This document shows positions 18,086 through 27,053 of a stretch of 64,000 nucleotides of DNA, piece by piece. Each line of letters starts with the position of its first letter. Position 1 is the stretch's first letter. This stretch comes from an uncultured Chloroflexia bacterium (GTDB lineage: Bacteria; Chloroflexota; Limnocylindria; Limnocylindrales; CSP1-4). The stretch is from positions 32,001-96,000 of the forward strand of contig CAVVNQ010000015.1 of assembly GCA_963749705.1 (NCBI GenBank), in the 5' to 3' direction. A program made the position numbers and the translations under genes. The notes below the pieces were generated by a model. That model saw nothing but the letters and a program-made list of their open reading frames with translations, was not told the DNA's origin and did no database searches.

Positions 18086-20848
18086 ATGCCTGATCGAGCC
18101 CAGCTGGCTGAACGCGAGCAGCTCGAGGCCCTGCGGCGATGGTCGCGTGCCGCGGGCGTCGACGCTGCGGTGCCGGTGGCTGACGAGGCTGCGCTCGTCC
18201 GGGAGGCGGCGCTGGCACCCCCCATCGCGGACGCCCAGGGCGTCGCGCGCGCAGGCATCGCGGGCATGCCGCGCGGAATGAGCCCCGCGATGCTGATGTC
18301 GATGCAGCGGTTCGCGGGCAACCGGGCGACGGTGCAGGCAGTCGGGCTGTTCCAGAAATCGGGATCCGCCGGGACGAAGAAGCCCGAGGAAGAGAAGGAA
18401 CCGCTCGAGGAGGATGCCTCGGCGGGACCCGAGACGGCGGGACCCGAGGCCAAGCCGCCCAAGGAGACCAGCGCGGCTGCGGGTCCGCCCGACGGAGGGG
18501 GCCCGCCGGGCGGGAGTGCTCCGCCGCCGGCCGGAGGCGCCACCGGAGGCGCCACCGGCGGCGCATCGGGAGGAGCCGGGAGCCCGGGCGGTCCCGGCAA
18601 TTCGGGCAGCAGCAAGTCGGGCACGGAGCCGACCGTCAAGCCGCCCGCGCTCGAGCCGGAGATCGCCGGCAGCGCCAAGTCCGGCACCGAGCCCACCACC
18701 AAGCCGGGCCCGATCGGCGGGACGCTCGGCGGGGCGGCGGGCGCGGCAATCGGGGCGGGAGATGCCAAGTCCGGCAAGGAGCCGCCGGCCAAGCCGGCCG
18801 ATGTCGCGGGCGTTGCCGGGGGTGCGCTCGAGCCGAAGATCGCCGCCAGCGCCAAGTCCGGCACCGAGCCCACCACCAAGCCGGGCCCGATCGGCGGGAC
18901 GCTCGGCGGGTCGGCGGGCGCGGCAATCGGGGCGGGAGATGCCAAGTCCGGCAAGGAGCCGCCGGCCAAGCCCGATGCGACGGCCGGCCTCACGCCGGGG
19001 GCCAAGCCCACCGGCACGGCCGGGGCGGGCGGCGGCGGCACCACCCCCGGCGGCGGCGGTCACGTCGTCCCGCCCGGCCCGACGGGCACCGCTGGTCCGA
19101 CCGCTCCGCCGGCCTCCGTCCCGCTCGGGCCCCACGGGTTGCCCGACCCGGAGACCGCGAAGTCGGGCATCGACTGGAACCAGATCCTGAGCGATTACGG
19201 GCCGCCGGTGCGCACCGTGCTCGAGGTCGGGCGCCTGATCCCGGGCTGGGGGTTGCTGGCGGGCTTCGGCGCGGACGCGCTCAACTTCCAGAGCGACCTC
19301 GCGTCGATCCCCAAGTCGGAGAACTCGGATCTCGCGACGGGCCTGATCGTGTTCCGCAACTTCGTCAACATCGGCAACAACGGGCTCGGCCACATCCTGT
19401 ACGTGAACCAGCTGATCCAGGACGGTCTCGCGGGCTCCGTCGTGGGCGCCGAGTTCACGCCGCTCACGGCGGCCGCGAACGAGGTCCTGAGCGGCGTCAA
19501 GGTCGGCCTCGACGAGGTCCAGATGGGGACCGACATCGTCATCGAGGTCGAGGCCCTCTACGAATCGAACCACGCCCCGACCTCCGCCGAAGCGGAGCAG
19601 TGGAAGCAGCTCGCCGACGGCTACGCCGCGAACCTCCTGGGTGACGTCGTGAACATCACCCTCGACATCATCAGCCTGGCCAGCGCCGGCGCTGCGAACA
19701 CCGCTCCAGTGCAGCAGGCGAGGGAGCCGCTGTCGCTCGCGGGCGCGTTCATGAAGAGCGCCGTGCCGAACATCATCGGCGGCCTCAACGGCGTCATCGG
19801 CGTGTGGCTCGGCAACCTGATGACCGCCGGCCGGCACGCGTACGAAGGGTCGCCGACGGAGCTGCGCGAGCAGGCGCTCATCTACGACATGGCGGGCGGG
19901 TTCGTCGATCACGAGGCGGGCCAGGCACGCATGACGTACTCCGCAGTCGATGCCGTCATCGGCGCGTTCGAGGCATATGCGGACCAGCAGATCGAGCAAC
20001 TCAATGCCGTCGCCGGGGCGCTGTCGGGCGGCAAGACGGCGTTCCAGCTCATCCGCGACGCCGTCCAGTCGGGCCTCGAGGACATGCACACCAAGCTGTC
20101 GATGGTCGAGCAGCTCGCCTCGCTCGCGTCGAACGCCCAGACCAACGCCGCGGCCATCTCGGATGCATGCGACACCATCCTGGGTGCGCTCGACAGCCTC
20201 GTCATCCCCAGCTACACGCTGCCCCAGGTGGAGCTCGGGGACAGCGTCCTGGCCGACGCGACCGAGTATCTCGCGAACCAGGCCACCGCTGCCGCCAATG
20301 CCCTCATCCGGCGCACGGTCGCGAACGTCCAGTCGCGCATCGACGGGGTCAAGGACGAGGTGCGCGGACCGGTCGAGGCCGCGCAGCAGAAGGCCGACAA
20401 CCTCGGCGAATGGCTGGCGCTGCTGGCCACCGAGAGCGCGGCCATGGCCGGCACCCTCAACGGCTACATCGTCAAGTTCAGCGAGGGGCTCGGGAGGTGC
20501 ACCAGCGCCGAGCAGGTGATGGACCTGATCATCGGCCAGATCAGCGACCTGACCGGGATGCCGAAGTTCACCGTCCAGGACATGCGCGACGGCTGGCACA
20601 GCATCGGGACCTACATCGACGGGTACGTCGCGCTTGGCCAGAGCCTCCACCAGCGGGCCACCGACCTGCGCCAGCATGCCGATGCGCGCGAATCCGGCAT
20701 CGACGCCGGCCCCGACTTCGCCCCGCCGCCGCCGCTCCTGCCGCCCGGATCGGGGACCGGGGCCGGCGCGCCGGGCGGTGGCACGCCGGGTGGTGGGGCG
20801 CCCGGCGGTGGGCAGCCTCCCGCCCAGCCGGAGACGGCCGTCGCATAG
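18086..20848 (+). CDS. Large hypothetical protein: QRFAGNRA motif, low-complexity repeats, long helical C-terminal domain (possible eCIS-associated cargo)
   Basis: Strong coding codon bias; MSMQRFAGNRATVQ; Gly/Pro/Lys-rich repeats; LIPGWGLLAGFG hydrophobic segment; about 500 aa of helical sequence. Confidence 0.75.
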   Translation: MPDRAQLAEREQLEALRRWSRAAGVDAAVPVADEAALVREAALAPPIADAQGVARAGIAGMPRGMSPAMLMSMQRFAGNRATVQAVGLFQKSGSAGTKKPEEEKEPLEEDASAGPETAGPEAKPPKETSAAAGPPDGGGPPGGSAPPPAGGATGGATGGASGGAGSPGGPGNSGSSKSGTEPTVKPPALEPEIAGSAKSGTEPTTKPGPIGGTLGGAAGAAIGAGDAKSGKEPPAKPADVAGVAGGALEPKIAASAKSGTEPTTKPGPIGGTLGGSAGAAIGAGDAKSGKEPPAKPDATAGLTPGAKPTGTAGAGGGGTTPGGGGHVVPPGPTGTAGPTAPPASVPLGPHGLPDPETAKSGIDWNQILSDYGPPVRTVLEVGRLIPGWGLLAGFGADALNFQSDLASIPKSENSDLATGLIVFRNFVNIGNNGLGHILYVNQLIQDGLAGSVVGAEFTPLTAAANEVLSGVKVGLDEVQMGTDIVIEVEALYESNHAPTSAEAEQWKQLADGYAANLLGDVVNITLDIISLASAGAANTAPVQQAREPLSLAGAFMKSAVPNIIGGLNGVIGVWLGNLMTAGRHAYEGSPTELREQALIYDMAGGFVDHEAGQARMTYSAVDAVIGAFEAYADQQIEQLNAVAGALSGGKTAFQLIRDAVQSGLEDMHTKLSMVEQLASLASNAQTNAAAISDACDTILGALDSLVIPSYTLPQVELGDSVLADATEYLANQATAAANALIRRTVANVQSRIDGVKDEVRGPVEAAQQKADNLGEWLALLATESAAMAGTLNGYIVKFSEGLGRCTSAEQVMDLIIGQISDLTGMPKFTVQDMRDGWHSIGTYIDGYVALGQSLHQRATDLRQHADARESGIDAGPDFAPPPPLLPPGSGTGAGAPGGGTPGGGAPGGGQPPAQPETAVA
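18647..18972. repeat. Intragenic 177-bp-period direct duplication (59 aa)
   Basis: 18647-18795 and 18824-18972 are nearly identical (ALEP.IA.SAKSGTEPTTKPGPIGGTLGG.AGAAIGAGDAKSGKEPPAKP). Confidence 0.92.
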
Positions 20849-20886
20849 CGATCCGCGGGCAACGCGGACCATGTCGTCAGCCGCCG

Positions 20887-21021
20887 TCAGCGGTTGTCGA
20901 GCTCGTCCGACTCGCACATCGCGTCCTCGTTGATCGCTGCGTCGCACTCCTGGCAGATCGGCGGATCCCAGCCGCCGACCTCGGGCAGGTCCGTGCGCCC
21001 GCAGGTGGAGCACACGAACAT
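20887..21021 (-). CDS. 44-aa CxxC-x15-CxxC zinc-ribbon-like microprotein
   Basis: MFVCSTCGRTDLPEVGGWDPPICQECDAAINED...; AGGA upstream; acidic tail. Confidence 0.55.
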   Translation of the reverse strand: MFVCSTCGRTDLPEVGGWDPPICQECDAAINEDAMCESDELDNR

Positions 21022-21245
21022 CGGCGTGTCGTCCTGGGTTTGCGCCCCGGCCCATGCCTCCGGGCCTGCGTTTGCCCCGACCTTCGCCGGCCACGATCCG
21101 CGCGTTGCTCGCCTCAACCAGTGCGTCGCCGAGTCCTCCGTTCGTCGCCGGTCGCGTCGTCGCGCGCCGCGCATACGGCGTCGGTCGCCGTCGCCAATCG
21201 GCGATCGCCCGACCTCGTGTCCGCGGCGGCCACCTGCTGCGATTC

Positions 21246-21483
21246 TGCCAACCACCGCCGGTGGCGGTGATAGTCGGGACTCTGACAGCTGTCGACCGGA
21301 GTCTGGCTCGATCGCGCGGGATCCGCCGCGCGGTTCACGCACGTTTTGTGCCGCCCCACGGCCCCAGGACGGATTGCCCAACATCGTGGTGGGGCCCGAC
21401 CCGGACTATCACCGGCACGCGCGGTGGCTGACACGACTTTGCGGCGATTCTCCGGTTAGCACCGCGTACGGCGGTGCCTGGCA
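21246..21483. repeat. Family-2 REP-like element copy A (three 30-bp units)
   Basis: Unit TGYCANNCACCGC-N6-CGGTGNTAGTC at 21246-21275, inverted at 21404-21433 and 21454-21483. Confidence 0.75.
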
Positions 21484-21536
21484 TATGTGCTGCGGGATGG
21501 CTGCGTGTTCGGGGCAAGGGCCGCCGTCCGCAACGG

Positions 21537-21661
21537 GGCACCGCCGTCCGCGATGAGTGTCGCCGCATCGCGATGAGCACGGGTTCATCGGCAACCGGGG
21601 TGATGTCCGAAGACATTGCCGCGGCGGCGATGCGCGGACGCTCATCGGGGACGGAGGTGGT
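21537..21661. repeat. Family-1 paired inverted-repeat element (55-bp spacer)
   Basis: Left arm 21537-21571, inverted right arm 21627-21661. Confidence 0.72.
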
Positions 21662-21691
21662 TGTAAGCGGGCGCAGGCACCGGGCGTGACC

Positions 21692-24193
21692 CTACGCCTT
21701 GATCCGGTGCCGGTCCGGGTCGTACATCGGGCGGAGCGAGGCACGCGCGGGGTATCGCACCCCGGCGATGTCGATCTCGAACCGTCCGTGCTCGATCGCG
21801 TCGCGCGGCAAACCGGCCGGATCCTCGAGCATCGCCAGGCCAACCGCGCCGCCCAGGGTGTGGCCGTATGCCCCGGCCCGGACGACGCCGACGACGCGAT
21901 CGTGGAGCAACACGGGCTCACCGCCGTACAGCAGCGGCTCGGCGTCCTCGACCAGCACCTGGACGAGCCGGCGCCTGGGCGGCCCGGCAACGGCACGCGC
22001 CGCGAGCAGCGCGTCGCGCCCCACGAACCCACCCGGCTTGTCCCAGGCGACGGTGAACCCCAGCCCGGTGTCGAGCGGGGTGTCGGTGTTGTCGATGTCC
22101 AGCGCGTAGTCGCGGTAGGCCTTCTCCAGGCGCAGGCTGCCCAGCGCCCCCATCCCGACGTTCCGGTACCCGAGGTCCTCGCCGGCCTCCATCAGCTGGT
22201 CGTACGCGGTGAGCGCCAGCTCGGCCGGGACGTGGAGCTCCCAGCCCAGCTCGCCCACGTAGGTGACCCGCATCGCGAGCACCCGCCCGTACCCGAGGTC
22301 GATCTCCCGTGCGGTCAGGTACGGGAACGCCTCGTTGGACAGGTCGGCGCCGGAGAGTCGTGCCAGCAGCTGCCGCGACCGTGGACCCTGGACGCTGAGC
22401 AGGGTGGTCCCGGAGGTGACGTCGGTGACGGTGACGAGGGCATCGTCCGGCGCATGCCGCTCGATCCAGGGCGCGATCCGGCGGTGGATGAGGTCGGTGA
22501 CGACGACAAGGAACCGCTCCTCAGCCAGCCGCGTGACGGTCAGATCGGCCTCGATCCCGCCTGCCACGTTGAGCCACGGGGTATAGACGATGCGCCCGAT
22601 GGGCACGGACACGTCGTTGGCGGACACGAGGTTGAGGACGCGCTCGGCGTCCCGGCCCTGGACGATGAACTTGGCCATCAGCGACATGTCGAGCATCCCG
22701 ACGGCGTCGCGAACGGCGTGATGCTCGGCCGCCTGGAGCGGGAACGACGCATCCCGGCCCCATCCGTGGGCGATCCGCGGCTCCGGGCCGGGCTCCGCGA
22801 ACCACTCCGCGTACTCCCAGCCCGACGAGGGTGCGAAGTGCGCGCCGGCCGCGGCGAGCCGGTCGTGGATGACCGAGCGCCGGATGTTGCGGGCGGTCCG
22901 CGGATGGGCGTTCGGGAATGCGACATCGCCGAACAGGTCGCCCAGCAACTCCACGGTCCGCTCGGCGCGGAAGCGACGGCTCGTCTCGTAGGTCTGGGTC
23001 CGATCCACGGCCATCCCGGTGACGTCGGCCTGCGGCACGCCGTCCGCGATCCATTGCGCCATCAGGCTGCCGACGCCGCCGCTGAGGATGATCCCCAGCG
23101 AGTTCATGCCCGCCGCAACGAAGTAGCCACGCAGCTCCGGGGACTCGCCCAGCTGGGGCATGTTGTCCGCGGTGAACGACTCCGGCCCGCAGAACATCGT
23201 CCGGACCCGAGCGTCGTGGAGCGAGGGGAACCGGTCCATCGCGCGGGTGAGGAACGGGCCGATCCGGTCCCAGTCCGGTGGCAGGCTGGCGAACGCGATG
23301 TCCGCCGGGACGCCGTCCAGCGACCACGGGGCAGCGGTCGGCTCGAACAGCCCGACCAGGATGCCGCCGCCCTCCTCGCGGTAGTAGCCGTACCGGTCCG
23401 GCTCCTCGACGATCGGCAGGTCGGGGTGGGCCCAGTCCACGGTGTCGGTGATCAGGTAGTAGTGCTCGGCGGCCTGGAGGGGTACCGACACCCCGCTCAT
23501 CGCGCCCAGCTCGCGCGCCCACATCCCGGCGGCGTTGACGACGTGCTCGGTGCGGATCGTGCCGCGGTCGGTGACGACGCCGGTCACCCGCCCGCGCGCC
23601 GACGTGACGCCGGTCGCCGCGACGTGCTCGAAGATCCGGGCGCCGCCCATGCGCGCGCCCCGCGCGTAGGCCATCGTGAGGTCCGCGGGGTTCACCCGGC
23701 CCTCGTCGGCCACGTAGAACGCGGCGAGGACGTCGTCGGTCCGCGCCGCCGGCCACAGCTTCCCGAACTCCGATGCCGAGATCTCCTGGTCATCGACGCC
23801 GTGCGCCCGGGCAAACGCCGCTTCGCGACGCAGGCCCTCGAGCCGCTGCGGGTTGGTGGCGAGGTGGAGGTGGCCGATCGGACGCCACCCGGTTGCCTGG
23901 CCCGTCTCCTGCTCCAGCGACATGCACAGCTCGCGCGTGTAGCGGGCCGCCCACAGCAGCGTCTCGTGCGCCATCCCGGCCGACGTGATGAGGCCAGCCG
24001 CATGCCATGTGGTGCCCGACGTCAGCTGGCGCCGCTCCAGCAGGACGACATCGCGCCAGCCCAGCTTGGTCAGGTGGTACGCGATGCTCGCGCCGATCAC
24101 GCCGCCACCGATGATCACGACCTGCGCCTGATCCGGGAGTTCGCCCGAGCGTCCGCCCGTCGCCGCCTGTGCTGCCGATCCCTGTTCCGTCAC
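21692..24193 (-). CDS. GcvT-family FAD-dependent dehydrogenase (dimethylglycine/sarcosine dehydrogenase-like)
   Basis: IIGGGVIG, SGTTWHAAG, GPESFTAD, TYVGELGWELH, SLRLEKAYR; GGAGG RBS. Confidence 0.92.
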   Translation of the reverse strand: MTEQGSAAQAATGGRSGELPDQAQVVIIGGGVIGASIAYHLTKLGWRDVVLLERRQLTSGTTWHAAGLITSAGMAHETLLWAARYTRELCMSLEQETGQATGWRPIGHLHLATNPQRLEGLRREAAFARAHGVDDQEISASEFGKLWPAARTDDVLAAFYVADEGRVNPADLTMAYARGARMGGARIFEHVAATGVTSARGRVTGVVTDRGTIRTEHVVNAAGMWARELGAMSGVSVPLQAAEHYYLITDTVDWAHPDLPIVEEPDRYGYYREEGGGILVGLFEPTAAPWSLDGVPADIAFASLPPDWDRIGPFLTRAMDRFPSLHDARVRTMFCGPESFTADNMPQLGESPELRGYFVAAGMNSLGIILSGGVGSLMAQWIADGVPQADVTGMAVDRTQTYETSRRFRAERTVELLGDLFGDVAFPNAHPRTARNIRRSVIHDRLAAAGAHFAPSSGWEYAEWFAEPGPEPRIAHGWGRDASFPLQAAEHHAVRDAVGMLDMSLMAKFIVQGRDAERVLNLVSANDVSVPIGRIVYTPWLNVAGGIEADLTVTRLAEERFLVVVTDLIHRRIAPWIERHAPDDALVTVTDVTSGTTLLSVQGPRSRQLLARLSGADLSNEAFPYLTAREIDLGYGRVLAMRVTYVGELGWELHVPAELALTAYDQLMEAGEDLGYRNVGMGALGSLRLEKAYRDYALDIDNTDTPLDTGLGFTVAWDKPGGFVGRDALLAARAVAGPPRRRLVQVLVEDAEPLLYGGEPVLLHDRVVGVVRAGAYGHTLGGAVGLAMLEDPAGLPRDAIEHGRFEIDIAGVRYPARASLRPMYDPDRHRIKA

Positions 24194-24436
24194 CGCGACC
24201 GCCTCCGGTCTGCTGCGTGCTTCGATCCCGCCGGGGCGCTGGGGGCCGAATCCGTATGACCGATCGTAGCCCGTGGCGCCGCCGCCGCCGGTGCCGTTGC
24301 GCGAGCCGACGTCGCGGATGGCGACCGGATGGTCCTGTCGCGGGGGTGACGTTTGGTCAGGTTCGGGGCCCGGCAGGGCGGTCGTATACAGATGCTCCAC
24401 GTATGGGGGTACCGCGCGAGGGAATTCCGGGGACCC

Positions 24437-26188
24437 ATGTCGAGTGACCAGTTCGAGGCCGGGACCGTCACGCCGGCCGACCCATCGAGCGCAGATTCGC
24501 TACGCCTCGTCCGGCTGCGCCTGTACCTCACGATTGCGGCGTCCGGCATCCTGCCGATGGCCCTGGGCTCGCCCCTGATCAGGGTGCTCACCGGCGGCGC
24601 GGGCGGGATCCAGCCCATCCACATCGTGGCCCTGGTCGCGCTCGGTGCGTTCCTGGTGGTCCTGATCCGCTGGATGACCGGCGAGATCCTGCTGCCCGCC
24701 GCGGAGCTCGAGGCATCGCGCACGGAGCTCCATCGCGCCTACCGCGAGGCCCGCGAGCACGCGCTCATCGACGGCCTCACCGGGCTCGGCAACCACCGCG
24801 CGTTCCAGGAGGAGTTCAAGGCGCTGCTCGACCAGGCGCAGCGATACCGGCACGACCTGTCGCTGGTCCTGCTCGACCTCGACGAGTTCAAGCTCGTCAA
24901 CGACAGCCAGGGGCACGGGGTCGGCGACACGGTGCTGGCGGAGGTCGGGCGGCTGCTCCGCCAGCAGACCCGGCTGGCCGACCGCGCGTTCCGGATCGGT
25001 GGTGACGAGTTCGCGCTCCTGCTGCCGCACACCGGTTCCGCGGGTGCCGCGCAGCTGGCGAGGCGAGTCCTCGCGGCGGGCCTCGAGGTCCGGCCCAACG
25101 CCGAATACCCGCGCCCGATCTCGTTCTCGGCCGGGGTGGCAACGTGCCCCGCCCACGCCAGCACGCGGGAGCAGCTGCGCCTGTATGCCGACTCTGCGAT
25201 GTACCGAGGCAAGCGCGCGGGCCGGACGACCGTGACCATCGTCGACCCGGCCCTCGACGGCGAGCAGGTCGACGAGCAGAAGCGAACAGAGCTGTCGCAG
25301 GCGCTGGGGCAGGTCATCGCCGACCGTGCGCTGCGACCCGTGTACCAGCCCATCGTCCACCTCGACACCGGTCGGATCATCGGCTACGAAGGGCTGATCC
25401 GCCCCGCAACCACCACCCCGTTCACCAATCCCGGCGCACTGTTCGCGGCGGCCGAGATCAGCGGCCACACCGTGGACCTCGACGTGGCCTGCCTCGCCGT
25501 CGTGCTCGCCGGAGCCCGCGCGATCCCGGATCCGCTGCTGATCACGATCAACGTCTCGCCGCGCACGCTGGAGGCCCCCGAGTTCGGCGCCGCCCGGCTG
25601 CTGCGCATGGTCGCGACCGCGGGCCTACCGACCGACCGGGTCATCCTCGAGGTCACCGAGCGAGACGTCATCCACGACATTCCGCGCGTGCTCGCGGCGC
25701 TCGACGGGTGTCGCGCGGGCGGCATCCGGATCGCCGCGGACGATGTCGGGGCCGGGAACGCCGGGCTGCGGCTGCTCAGCCAGTTCCGCTTCGACGTGGT
25801 CAAGATCGACCTGTCGCTCGTCCAGGCGGGCACCGGCCAGGAGACGGTTCGCAGCGTGCTCGGCTCGCTGGTGGACCTGGCCAGGCGCTGGGACGCGCTG
25901 GTCGTGGCCGAAGGCGTCGAGACGCCGGCTCAGCTGGCCCTCACCCGGGAGCTCGCGATCGGGGCCGGCCAGGGGTACCTGCTGGGTCGACCCGGCACGG
26001 ACGTCAACCTCGAGACGGTGGACGTCGAGGCGCTGCTGCAGCCATCGACGAACCCGTACGTCCGGCTCGGCCTGGAGGGCTTCACGGTCGAGGGCGGCGC
26101 TGACGGCGGGGCCGGCGCCTCGGGGTGGCAGCTGCCGGGTTCGACGTGGCCGGGCACGCCATCGAGAGCACCGGTGGCAGGCTCGTAG
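24437..26188 (+). CDS. Membrane-anchored GGDEF-EAL diguanylate cyclase/phosphodiesterase
   Basis: 2 TM; DGLTGLGN, DLDEFK.VND, RLAD..RIGGDEF; YQPIV, EGLIR, DDVGAG, KID, AEGVET, QGY. Confidence 0.92.
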   Translation: MSSDQFEAGTVTPADPSSADSLRLVRLRLYLTIAASGILPMALGSPLIRVLTGGAGGIQPIHIVALVALGAFLVVLIRWMTGEILLPAAELEASRTELHRAYREAREHALIDGLTGLGNHRAFQEEFKALLDQAQRYRHDLSLVLLDLDEFKLVNDSQGHGVGDTVLAEVGRLLRQQTRLADRAFRIGGDEFALLLPHTGSAGAAQLARRVLAAGLEVRPNAEYPRPISFSAGVATCPAHASTREQLRLYADSAMYRGKRAGRTTVTIVDPALDGEQVDEQKRTELSQALGQVIADRALRPVYQPIVHLDTGRIIGYEGLIRPATTTPFTNPGALFAAAEISGHTVDLDVACLAVVLAGARAIPDPLLITINVSPRTLEAPEFGAARLLRMVATAGLPTDRVILEVTERDVIHDIPRVLAALDGCRAGGIRIAADDVGAGNAGLRLLSQFRFDVVKIDLSLVQAGTGQETVRSVLGSLVDLARRWDALVVAEGVETPAQLALTRELAIGAGQGYLLGRPGTDVNLETVDVEALLQPSTNPYVRLGLEGFTVEGGADGGAGASGWQLPGSTWPGTPSRAPVAGS

Positions 26189-26313
26189 CCTCCTCGCCCT
26201 GACCGTCGACCGCGGGCTGCCGGCCGCCTGCCGCCGTCGGCCGGCGGCTCCGTCCCGTGGTTCCCGTACAAAGGTCCCTTGTCCCGCGGCCAGCGGCCCT
26301 CAATTCTCCGTGC

Positions 26314-26859
26314 ATGGCCCTGCAAGACCCTCGGATGCACGTCGAGGAGCCGGTCCGGCGCGAGCTCGCGTGGCTGGTCCTTCGCGGGATCGCCCTGGTC
26401 GCGGTCATCGCGATGCTGGCCGTGCTGCCCGTCGTGATGTCGCTCGACGTCCCCACCCGCGACGAGATCGCCACCGCAGCCCCGACCGTGCTCCTCGCCT
26501 ACGCGCTCGCGTCGAACGCGCTCCGCCTGGTCCGCGGCCGCTCGACCCCCGACGAACGGCTGACGGCATGGGCACGCGCGCGCGAGGTCGATGCGGACGA
26601 TGCGCTGCTGGGTCGCATGGTGGCGCTGTGGGTGCCGATCGGGCTGCTGGCGGCGCTGAGCCTCCTGGTCTGGCCGCACATCACGGACCCCAACCCGGCC
26701 CTGGCGTGTGCCTGGGTCGTGCTCGGCCTGCCGCCGATCGCGGTGGCCTGGGCGTTCGCGAGCACCTCGTGGCTCGATGCGTGTCGCGACGCGCTGGCCC
26801 ACGCCGAGGACGAATCGACCGCGCGGTTCCGCCGCTACTGGGCAAACCCGGGTCGCTGA
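26314..26859 (+). CDS. Hypothetical 4-TM membrane protein
   Basis: Four hydrophobic segments, GC3-biased codons. Confidence 0.6.
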   Translation: MALQDPRMHVEEPVRRELAWLVLRGIALVAVIAMLAVLPVVMSLDVPTRDEIATAAPTVLLAYALASNALRLVRGRSTPDERLTAWARAREVDADDALLGRMVALWVPIGLLAALSLLVWPHITDPNPALACAWVVLGLPPIAVAWAFASTSWLDACRDALAHAEDESTARFRRYWANPGR

Positions 26860-27053
26860 GCACCCGCGGCGCCGGGTTCCCCGCGCTCCGCGGCCCCGAG
26901 AACGCCCGCGCCGCCCGCGGGGAGCGCCAGCGCCCCCGGCGGGAACACCCGCGCCGCCCGCGGGGAGCGCCCGCCCCGCGGCCCCGCAGCGGCAGACGGC
27001 ATACGATCGGGTCGTGCGATACGAGACGACTGTTTGACCGGGGGACCCGCCGC

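Noticed and set aside
20887-21021. Microprotein as a split-off tetracysteine domain of UvrD2
   Set aside because: It is 8 kb away on the opposite strand; only generic CxxC spacing is shared.
18026-21094. 1022-aa minus-strand ORF (and similar 700-900-aa ORFs at 21557, 28006, 32974 and 35217)
   Set aside because: Antisense shadows of well-supported genes, with Arg/Gly/His-rich composition and no motifs.
8974-21661. Integron attC sites as an explanation for the cargo-bracketing repeats
   Set aside because: No RYYYAAC/GTTRRRY boxes, the arms are inverted around the cargo rather than in direct array, and no integrase is present.
24194-24436. Glycine or c-di-GMP riboswitch between the GcvT-family and GGDEF-EAL genes
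   Set aside because: Conserved aptamer motifs not seen.
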